Source: an uncultured Acidobacteriota bacterium (GTDB lineage: Bacteria > Acidobacteriota > Thermoanaerobaculia > UBA5066 > DATFVB01). Taken from it: a stretch of DNA of 14,429 nt. Below, piece by piece: positions 7,465 to 14,429 of this stretch (positions within the stretch are counted from its first letter, which is position 1; each line of letters starts with the position of its first letter). The notes beneath the pieces were generated by a model, which did no database searches, was not told where the DNA came from, and was given only the letters and a program-made list of their open reading frames with translations. The stretch is from contig CAWEYG010000023.1 of assembly GCA_963813155.1 (NCBI GenBank), positions 1-14,429 of the forward strand, read 5' to 3'. The position numbers and the translations under genes were made by a program.

Positions 7465-8132
7465 GTCCTCACCGGAATCGCGAGCCCCCGCAGCGCCGGC
7501 AGCCGAAGACCCGAAGCGAAATCGTGAACGCGCGCTTCGACCTGATCGAGGTGATCCGTGAAGAAATGGTCGGCGCCGGCGATGATCTCGACCCGCGCGT
7601 CCCGAAAACGCCGCTTCGCCTCGCGCTCGAGCTCCCGGGCATCCGCGAACTCGTCGTTGTCGCCGGAAATCACGAGCGTCGGCTTTTCGACCGGCTCTCC
7701 GTCCCCGAGCGCCCAGCGGGCGAGCGGGACTCCCGCGCCGATCAGCGCCGCCACCCGGGAATCCTTTGCGCCGACCGTCAGCGCCATCGCGGAACCGAAG
7801 GAGAAGCCTCCCGCAACGAGGGGCGTTCCCCCCCGGCGGGCCGCCTCGTCGAGCGCCGCCGCGACGTCCTCCTTTTCGCCGCGCCCGTCGTCGTGCGTTC
7901 CCTGCGAGGTTCCGACTCCGCGAAAGTTGAACCGAAGGACGCCGAAGCCCGCCCGCGCGAGGGCGCGAGCGATTCGGAAAACCACCTTGAAGTGCATCGT
8001 TCCGCCGTGCGCGGGGTGCGCGTGCGCGACGACGGCCGAGCCGCGCCGCGGCGCTTCCGGCTCTTTCCAGAGCGCTTCGAGCTCGCCGGCGGGCCCGGCG
8101 AAAGAATACGGATGGACCGTGCTCGCGGCCAT
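7461..8132 (-). CDS. Alpha/beta-fold hydrolase (COG2945-like), 223 aa
   Basis: GPAGELEA, HAHPAHGGTM, LRFNFRGVG, nucleophile elbow GFSFG, GDNDEF (Asp) and GADHFF (His) give a complete Ser-Asp-His triad. Confidence 0.93.
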   Translation of the reverse strand: MAASTVHPYSFAGPAGELEALWKEPEAPRRGSAVVAHAHPAHGGTMHFKVVFRIARALARAGFGVLRFNFRGVGTSQGTHDDGRGEKEDVAAALDEAARRGGTPLVAGGFSFGSAMALTVGAKDSRVAALIGAGVPLARWALGDGEPVEKPTLVISGDNDEFADARELEREAKRRFRDARVEIIAGADHFFTDHLDQVEARVHDFASGLRLPALRGLAIPVRT

Positions 8133-8139
8133 TGCGCCG

Positions 8140-8145
8140 ATCTTA
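8140..8145 (-). promoter_or_regulatory. -10 box TAAGAT, leaderless-type, for the hydrolase-amrA unit
   Basis: TANNNT ending 7 nt before ATG 8132, with no Shine-Dalgarno. Confidence 0.6.
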
Positions 8146-8149
8146 TCCC

Positions 8150-8215
8150 GCGCGGCTTGAACCCCGCATCCGGGCGCGGCTTGAACGCCGCATCCTGGCG
8201 CGGCTTGAACGCCGC
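8150..8215. repeat. 24-bp tandem repeat, 2.75 copies
   Basis: GCGCGGCTTGAACCCCGCATCCGG / GCGCGGCTTGAACGCCGCATCCTG / GCGCGGCTTGAACGCCGC at 8150, 8174 and 8198. Confidence 0.95.
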
Positions 8216-8233
8216 GACTCGATTCAAGATAAT
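8205..8233 (+). promoter_or_regulatory. Putative sigma70 promoter TTGAAC-N17-GATAAT for the GAPDH-like gene
   Basis: -35-like box at 8205-8210, a 17-nt spacer, and a -10-like box at 8228-8233 ending 9 nt before ATG 8243. Confidence 0.5.
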
Positions 8234-8242
8234 ACGCGCCTC

Positions 8243-9298
8243 ATGAAAAAAATCGTTCACATCGTCGGCACGGGAACCATCGGCGAGCCCCTGATCGGAC
8301 TGTTCACGGACTTTGCGAGGCACCTCGGCATCGACGAGCTCACGTTCCACAAGCGAACGCCGATGACGACGGAAAAGGCGAAGGTGCAGCACCTGATCTC
8401 CCGCGGCGCGAAGCTCGCCGTCGACGAGGACAAGACCGCCGATTTCGAGGCGCTCGGCCACAAGGTCTCGTACACGGCCATGGAGGCTCTCGAGCGCGCG
8501 TCGGTCGTCATCGACTGCACGCCGGCCGGCAACGAGAACAAGAAGATCTACGAAAAGGTCAAGGGGCCGAAGGGCTTCCTCGCCCAGGGATCGGAATTCG
8601 GCTTCGGCAAGATGTACGCGCTCGGCATCAACGACGAAGCGCTGAAGGCCGGACAGGACCGTTTCATCCAGATCGTCTCGTGCAACACCCACAACATCGC
8701 CGTGCTCGTGCAGACTCTCGCTTCGGAGGGGAAGAACCTGACGCTCCAGCGCGGTCGCTTCGTCTGCATGCGCCGGGCGAACGACATCTCCCAGGATGCG
8801 GGATTTCTACCAGCGCCGTCCGTCGGAAAGCACGACGACCCGAAATACGGCACGCACCACGCCCGGGACGCCTCTCACCTCCTGGAGACTCTCGGCTGGA
8901 AGCCGGAGATGTTCTCCTCGGCCGTGAAGCTGAACACGCAGTACATGCACGCGCTCTGGTTCGACTTGGAGCTGACGCGGCCGACGACGAAAGCGGAGGT
9001 GCTCGAAAAACTCCGCCTGAACAGCCGCGTCGCGAACACGGAGCGCCGCTCCGCGAACCAGGTGTTCTCCTTCGGGCGCGACCACGGCTACTACGGAAGG
9101 CTCCTGTCGCAGACGGTGATCTCGACCCCGACGATCGTCCTGCCCTCGGAGAAAGAGGTCGTCGGCTTCTGCTTCACGCCGCAGGATGGCAACTCGCTCG
9201 CGTCCTCGATCGCCGCCGCGTTGTGGCTGATGGAGCCGGAAGTCGACCCGTGGACGAGGATGGACCCGCTGAAGCGGTTCTTCTTCCAGGAGATCTGA
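8243..9298 (+). CDS. Archaeal-type (class II) GAPDH-like NAD(P)-dependent dehydrogenase, about 351 aa
   Basis: Rossmann motif IVHIVGTGTIG, plus DCTPAG, QGSE, catalytic VSCNTH, RRAND, HHARDA and YMH. These parallel the class II GAPDH motifs GYGTIG, DATP, QGGE, VSCNTT, RRxxD and HHGPDV. The start is MKKIVH at 8243; the ORF extension to 8132 only translates the tandem repeat. Confidence 0.8.
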   Translation: MKKIVHIVGTGTIGEPLIGLFTDFARHLGIDELTFHKRTPMTTEKAKVQHLISRGAKLAVDEDKTADFEALGHKVSYTAMEALERASVVIDCTPAGNENKKIYEKVKGPKGFLAQGSEFGFGKMYALGINDEALKAGQDRFIQIVSCNTHNIAVLVQTLASEGKNLTLQRGRFVCMRRANDISQDAGFLPAPSVGKHDDPKYGTHHARDASHLLETLGWKPEMFSSAVKLNTQYMHALWFDLELTRPTTKAEVLEKLRLNSRVANTERRSANQVFSFGRDHGYYGRLLSQTVISTPTIVLPSEKEVVGFCFTPQDGNSLASSIAAALWLMEPEVDPWTRMDPLKRFFFQEI

Positions 9299-9310
9299 AG
9301 AGCCTTTCGC

Positions 9311-9316
9311 TACAAT
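9311..9316 (+). promoter_or_regulatory. -10 box TACAAT, leaderless-type, for the E1 gene
   Basis: TANNNT ending 8 nt before ATG 9325, with a pyrimidine-rich spacer and no Shine-Dalgarno. Confidence 0.65.
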
Positions 9317-9324
9317 CCCCCTCG

Positions 9325-11842
9325 ATGGAACCCACCCTGAAGCCGCCCGTCATTTCCACGCCTTCGTCGATCCGCCCGGGGCTCCCGGAACGGTTCTTCG
9401 CGTTCGTCGCGGAATCGCACCCGTTCGCGCTCGACCACGCCTCGGTCGTGTTCCGAAACCTGCTGCGCCGCGAGGGAGGCGACCCGGGCCGCGACGCCTC
9501 CCGGCTGGATGCGCTCCGAACCCCGCTTTCGCGTTTGCTCCGCAAGGCGATCAGCCTCGCGCCCCCGGCCGGAACGGCAGACACGAGCCCCGGCGTCTCC
9601 GCTGCGTCGAGGATGTCGGCCGCCGTCGACGGGCTCGTCGATGCGTGTGACGGGTTTCTTCGCCGCGAATCGCTGTCCGCTTCGCTCACCGCGGAAGAAC
9701 GCGTCGAGATCCTGCGCGGCATCGTCCTGACGCGCGCGATCGACAACCGGCTCAAGGCGTTCTTCACCGCAAGCGAGGTCCGTTACCGGGGGATCGCTTT
9801 CCAGGGAAAGGGATTCCGGTCGCTCGGCCAGGAAGCGATCTACGCCGCCGCAGCGCGCCTGCGCCGGGGAGAGAGCTACCGCAAGGACGGCGAGTGGAAG
9901 GGCGACGTCGTCGCTCCTCTCATCCGCGACCTCGGAATCGCGCTCGCGATGAATCCCACTCCGGAATTCGTTCGCATGGTCCTCAACGCCCAGATGGGGA
10001 AAGCCGGATCTCCGATGGACGGCAAAGACCTCCACATCGGAGATTTCGCGCACGGCGTGCTTCCCGCCGCCGCGCCGCTCGCGATCTCGTCGCTGACGGT
10101 CGCCGGCCTCGCGCTCGCGTTCGCGCGCGAAGGCGAAGGGCGGGTCGCCGTGTCGCTCATCGGCGAGGGCGGCTCATCTCTCGGCGAGTGGCACGAGGCG
10201 ATCAATCTCTGCGCCGCGCGCCGCCTGCCTGCGGTTTTCTGCGTCCAGAACAACCAGACCGCGCTCTCGACTCCCCCGGCCGAGCAGTCGGCCGTGCGAG
10301 CCTTCGCCGACAAGGCGGCGGGTTACGGGATCCCCGGAGTCACGCTCGACGGCACGGATCCCGACGCGATTGCGGCCGCGTTCGCCTGGGCGGCGGAACG
10401 GGCCCGCGAGGGGAAAGGCCCGGCCCTGCTGGAGCTCGTCTCGATGCGGATGTGCGGCCATGCGCACCACGACGACATGCTCTATCTCGGCCGTGACCCG
10501 CAGCCTTCCTGGACCTATCCGGCCGTTTCCGAATCGGGCTACGCGCCCCGCGAGCTCTACGAATACTGGTCCCGACGCGATCCGATCGCTCTCTATGCGG
10601 CCCGCCTCTCCGAAGAGGGCGTCCTCGGAAAGGGCGACCTTTCGCGCTTTCAAACCGAGGCGGACGCGCTCGTGGAGCGCGAGGCGCGCGCCGTCATCGA
10701 GGCCCCGTGGCCCGAGCCGGCGAGCGCCGGCGAAGGCGTGCTCAAGAACGAAGCGCCCCGGACGCGGGTCGAGCCGCTCGACCCGTCCCGCCGCCGAAGA
10801 GCTTCGGATCGCGCCCTCGAAGTCGAGCCGGCTCCCCCTTTCGATCCGAAGGGAAGCACGTTCCTCGACGCGGTCGCGCTCGGAGTCGGCGACGCTCTCG
10901 CCTCCGATCGGCGCGTCTTCGTTTTCGGGGAGGACGTGGGGGGAAAGTACGGAAACGCCTTCCTGCTGCTGCGCCCGCTGCTCGAGAGGTTCGGAGACCG
11001 CATCCTGAATTCCCCCCTGTCGGAGGGCGGCGTTCTCGGCGCCTGTATCGGCGCGGCGCTGGCGGGTCAACGGCCCGTCGGCGAGATGCAGTTCAACGAT
11101 TTCGTCGCGACCGGTTTCAACCAGCTCGTCAACAGCGCGGCGAAGATCCGGTACCGGTGGGGCGGCCGCTCGGGAGCGGATGTCCCGATGGTCGTTCGGA
11201 TGCCGTGGGGTGGCCTCCGGCACGCCGGTCCGTACCACAGCCAGAATACGGAGGGGTGGTTCTACCGGACTCCCGGCCTGAAGATCGTCGTCCCGTCGAC
11301 TCCGCACGACGCCCGCGCTCTGTTCGCTTCGGCTGTCGCCGATCCCGATCCCGTTCTCTATTTCGAACACATCGCGCTGTATCGCGATCCCCGGGTCAAG
11401 CAGGCTCTTTCCTCCGAGGCCCCGGAACCGATCCCGATCGGCAAGGCCGCGTTGAGGCGAAAAGGGAAACACCTCGCGATTTTGAGCTACGGCGCCTACG
11501 TACACGTCGCGATGCGCGCGGCGGAAAAGCTCGCGGCCGGCGGCATCGAAGCGTCCGTTCTCGACCTGCGGAGTCTCGCGCCGCTCGATCGGGAGGCCAT
11601 CCTCGATCTCGCGATCGCGCTGCAACCGCGTGCTGATCGTTCACGAAGACACGCGCACCGGCAGCGTCGGGGAGAGCATCGCGGCGATCATCCAGGAAGA
11701 GGCGTTCGAGTACCTGGACGCCCCGATCCGCATCCTCGGCGCGGTCGACACGCCCGTGCCGTACTCTCCCCCGCTCGAAGAATTCTTCCTGCCGGGCGAA
11801 GACGAAGTCGTCCGGGCGGCGCAGCTGCTCGCCAAGTACTGA
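9325..11842 (+). CDS. Fused E1 alpha/beta 2-oxoacid dehydrogenase (ThDP-dependent) with a +1 frameshift near 11614; about 838 aa if corrected
   Basis: Alpha part: SLGQEA, GEGGSSLGEWHEAINL...QNNQTALS, MCGHAHHDD. Beta part: FGEDVG, NSPLSE, EMQFNDF, GPYHSQ, PGLKIVVPSTPHDA, DLRSLAPLD. The expected continuation SRCNRVLIVHEDTRTGSVGESIAA...LDAPIRILGAVDTPVPYSPPLE lies in the +1 frame and ends at TGA 11840-11842. Could be a sequencing error or a recent pseudogene. Confidence 0.88.
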
Positions 11843-11846
11843 GGGC

Positions 11847-12024
11847 TCTTCGCCCGGCCTGCGGGGTGTTCCGCCGGAAAGACGCAGCAGCCATGCCGTG
11901 GAATCTGTCCTGGGCCGCCGCTCGGCTAACTTTTCTCGCAAGTCACGCTGGCTCGATCGACGGGATTCTTCCAGCTCGAAAAGTTACGCTTTCCTTACGG
12001 AACACCCCGCCGGCCGGGCGAGGG
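11847..12024. other. About 178-nt element bounded by terminal inverted repeats (MITE-like element or structured ncRNA)
   Basis: 24-bp inverted repeat 11850-11873/11998-12021 with one mismatch, extended by GGAAAG/CTTTCC. Internal stems are TAACTTTTC/GAAAAGTTA and GCTGG/CCAGC. Confidence 0.75.
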
Positions 12025-12044
12025 AATACCCCGCTCTGGCCGCG

Positions 12045-12854
12045 CTACGGCGCTCCTGCTCTCGGCGGGTCCGCGACGACGCGAAACCCGATCGAATATC
12101 CGCGGTCGCCCGGCGCGTGGGTGTAGCGCAGCGCGCAGCGGCAACTGTTCTCGTCGAAGGCCCAGCTTCCTCCCCGGATGACTTTCATCGTCCCGCTCGA
12201 GGGCCCGGTCGGATCACGTCCCGGCCCCGCGGGGTACGGCGCGTACCAGTCATCGCACCACTCCCAGACGTTCCCGTGCATGTCGCGCAGGCCCCACAAA
12301 TTCGCGGGAAAGCTTCCGGCCGGAACCGGGGAGCCCCGAAAGCGGCCGGGAGGGTGGCCGGCCAGCGGGTACCGGCCGTCGAAATTCGCCTGATCGGCCG
12401 TCAGGCTCTCACCCGTCGAGAACGGAGTCGAGGTCCCGGATCGGCACGCGTACTCCCACTGCGCCTCGGTGGGAAGACGATAATTCCGCCCCGGTGAGAG
12501 GCGATTCAGGCGGGCCAGAAATTCCCCAACCTCGAGCCACGTGACGCTCTCGACGGGGCATGCGTCCCCACACTTCGCGAAATGGCTCGGATTGCGTCCC
12601 ATGACCCGCCGCCACTGGGCCTGCGTCGTCTCGTAGCGCGCAATCCAGAATTTCCCGAGCTCAACCTCGTGAGCGGTTTCATCGGGATTGCGGCCGGGCT
12701 CTCCGGCCGGGCTTCCCATCGAGAACCGGCCCGCCGGAACCTCGACGAAGACCGCTTCCGCGCCGGGGTCGAACCGCACGGCCGAGGTGCGAGGGGCGCT
12801 CGACAGAAGGAGCGCGCCGCCGAGGAGTACCGTCGCCGCGAAGACCGAGCTCAT
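12045..12854 (-). CDS. Secreted FGE-sulfatase-domain (SUMF1/EgtB/PvdO-like) protein, about 269 aa
   Basis: Signal-peptide-like start MSSVFAATVLLGGALLLSSA, then FSMGS, PVESVTW, RLPTEAQWEYACR, NLWGLRDMHGNVWEW, RGGSW and IGFRVV. ATG 12854 overlaps the upstream TGA (ATGA). Confidence 0.92.
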   Translation of the reverse strand: MSSVFAATVLLGGALLLSSAPRTSAVRFDPGAEAVFVEVPAGRFSMGSPAGEPGRNPDETAHEVELGKFWIARYETTQAQWRRVMGRNPSHFAKCGDACPVESVTWLEVGEFLARLNRLSPGRNYRLPTEAQWEYACRSGTSTPFSTGESLTADQANFDGRYPLAGHPPGRFRGSPVPAGSFPANLWGLRDMHGNVWEWCDDWYAPYPAGPGRDPTGPSSGTMKVIRGGSWAFDENSCRCALRYTHAPGDRGYSIGFRVVADPPRAGAP

Positions 12855-14428
12855 CGGGAACGGGCCAGTCGCAGGAGCGCCGCGGCGGAAAGGCCGATCC
12901 ATCCAACCGCGCAGGCGGCGATCAACGGAGTCGATCCCAGACCCACCTGCCCGTAGACCCGGAGGGATCGAAGAGGAGACTCCAGGGCCGCGACGAGACT
13001 CCCGGGCGCGAGATCGAGCCACGGCAGGCCCTCTCCCGCCCCGGAAAAAACGGCGGGGAGCAGGCCGAAGAGCGCGACGAGATCGGCGCAGAAGAAGAAA
13101 ACGCAGGCGACCGCGAAGGAGAGGCGGGACGGCCGGCGGCCCGAAAGGACTCCCGAAGTCAGCACGACCGGGAGAAGGACGAGAAGGTACCAGCCGGGGA
13201 GGCTCACCGATTCGCGCAGGCGGAGGCGGCGAATGGCGGCCAGAAAGGTCGACTCGTGAACGGCCTGAGCGGCGAGGAACGCGGCGACCGCGAGCAGGCC
13301 GGCGACCCACGTCCTTCGCGATCGAGCCCTGCGCCGCCGGGCCAGGAACGGAGCGGCCAGAAGGACCGCGAACCCCGCAGCGAGCAGGACGCGCATCGCG
13401 GCGTTCGGCCCCATGTAGCTCGAAGTCCCCGGCCACGCGAAAGAGAGGGCGTACCCCCCAAGCGCCCTCGCCCGAAGCAGCCCGGGAAACGCCCGCAGCC
13501 GGTCGTTCCACCCGACTCCCGCCTCGAGCGCTTTCTTGCTCGCCATGACCCCGAGCCAGCTTCCCGTGTCGCCCCTTTGGCGAAGAAGCCAGGGAAGCAC
13601 CGCCACGAGAGCGAGTCCCGCCGAAAGAGTCGCTCGCCGCACGGTGGTTTTCCGGCGAGACCGCGGGGAGAGAAACGCCGCGATCGGAACCGCCGGAACG
13701 AGGGGAAGGAAATAGAGCTTTGTCCAGAGACCGCCCGCGAGAACGAGCGCGAGAACGGCCGCGCGCGGAAGTGTCAACCTCCCCCAGGCGCACCAGAACA
13801 GGCCGAGCAGCACCGCCGCAGCCAGTGGGAGCGCGAGCGCATCGTTCGTCCAGCGGCCCGCGAAAATTCCGAGGCCGGGAAAGAACGCGCAAGCCGCAGT
13901 AGCGGCAAGCGCTTCCGCGCGCGGCAGAACGCACGTCAACGCGAGATAGACGACCGGGATCGCCGCGGTCGCGAAAAGCCCTGCAAGAAGGCGAAGAGAC
14001 AGGAGCCGGGAAGCAACTGAGGCGCGGGACTCAATCCGGCACAGACCGGCGGCGAAGAGATAGGAAAGAGGCGGCTGCTGACTCTCGTAGTTCGGTCCGC
14101 CGACGCCGCCGTTTTCCGCAGCCGCGCCCAGCGCTTCCGTGCGGATCCTCTGCCGCTGGAAGGCGGGCATCGCCGCGAAGCGTCCCCAGGCTGCCGTTCC
14201 CGACGCCGCGTAGGGCAGAAGCGATGCGGCGCGAAGGAGAGATCCCGGCATGGAGCTCTCGGCGGACCGCGGGGGATGGCCCGATTTCGCGAGAAACGCG
14301 GCGTACCCGGCGTGGTACAGCTCGTCGAGCGGATCGCCGAAGGGAAGAGCGAAAGCCAGAAAGATCGCCCGCGCGGCGAAGACGGCCGTGATCAGCACGA
14401 GCGAAGCCGGCAGTCCTCGCCCCTTCAG
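12851..14428 (-). CDS. Polytopic membrane protein, GT-C-fold glycosyltransferase-like (PMT/ArnT/DUF2142-like), 5'-partial
   Basis: Many TM segments, first-loop motif PLDELYH, NYESQQPPLSY, TNDALA and LWTKLYF. The frame stays open to the right window edge. Confidence 0.75.
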   Translation of the reverse strand: MKGRGLPASLVLITAVFAARAIFLAFALPFGDPLDELYHAGYAAFLAKSGHPPRSAESSMPGSLLRAASLLPYAASGTAAWGRFAAMPAFQRQRIRTEALGAAAENGGVGGPNYESQQPPLSYLFAAGLCRIESRASVASRLLSLRLLAGLFATAAIPVVYLALTCVLPRAEALAATAACAFFPGLGIFAGRWTNDALALPLAAAVLLGLFWCAWGRLTLPRAAVLALVLAGGLWTKLYFLPLVPAVPIAAFLSPRSRRKTTVRRATLSAGLALVAVLPWLLRQRGDTGSWLGVMASKKALEAGVGWNDRLRAFPGLLRARALGGYALSFAWPGTSSYMGPNAAMRVLLAAGFAVLLAAPFLARRRRARSRRTWVAGLLAVAAFLAAQAVHESTFLAAIRRLRLRESVSLPGWYLLVLLPVVLTSGVLSGRRPSRLSFAVACVFFFCADLVALFGLLPAVFSGAGEGLPWLDLAPGSLVAALESPLRSLRVYGQVGLGSTPLIAACAVGWIGLSAAALLRLARSR

Positions 14429-14429
14429 A

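Noticed and set aside
8150-8215. 24-bp repeats as a mini CRISPR array
   Set aside because: The units are head-to-tail with no unique spacers, and there are no cas genes.
6574-11926. Shared 9-mer CCGCTCGGC in hairpin A (6574-6582) and the 11847-12024 element (11918-11926)
   Set aside because: It is short and GC-rich, expected by chance, and the similarity does not extend.
8680-12126. 1148-aa ORF as one giant protein
   Set aside because: The first 215 codons are an alternate frame over the GAPDH-like gene, and the tail after about 11614 is frameshift read-through.
12045-12200. FGE (CLec-fold) C-terminus as a diversity-generating retroelement target
   Set aside because: The fold is a known DGR target class, but no template-repeat copy of this region and no reverse transcriptase is visible in the window.
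12855-13934. N-terminal 360 aa of the 629-aa ORF as a fusion to the FGE domain
   Set aside because: It is Arg/Gly/Pro-rich alternate-frame sequence overlapping the GT-C-like gene. A signal peptide and an ATGA overlap mark the real start at 12854.
423-14020. Numerous antisense and alternate-frame ORFs (e.g. 4839-5924, 10174-11625, 12688-13548)
   Set aside because: They are shadow ORFs typical of high-GC DNA, overlapping well-supported genes and lacking motifs.

Overview
GC-rich bacterial DNA. An Acidobacteriota/Thermoanaerobaculia-like origin is only an impression from gene content and start-site style. The window holds 11 supportable coding regions: the 3' end of an unknown gene, a secreted IPT + 12x NHL-repeat + Ig-like protein, a class I PLP aminotransferase, a CaCA-family cation exchanger, a TrmH/SpoU methyltransferase, an AMMECR1/AmrA protein, an alpha/beta hydrolase, an archaeal-type (class II) GAPDH-like dehydrogenase, a fused E1 alpha-beta 2-oxoacid dehydrogenase with a +1 frameshift near 11614, a secreted FGE-sulfatase-domain protein, and a partial GT-C-like membrane protein. 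The strongest unexplained signal is a 28-bp direct repeat (373-400 and 3353-3380, one mismatch, palindromic core) tightly bracketing the NHL gene. Each copy supplies the stop codon of one of the two convergent neighbours, and no integrase lies in the bracketed segment. Other signals are long rod-like hairpin elements in two convergent intergenic gaps (6546-6822 and 11847-12024), a 24-bp tandem repeat that multiplies a -35-like box, and leaderless-type promoters in front of most genes. No rRNA, tRNA, CRISPR array or transposase was seen. All family calls come from motif recognition by eye; no database search was run.
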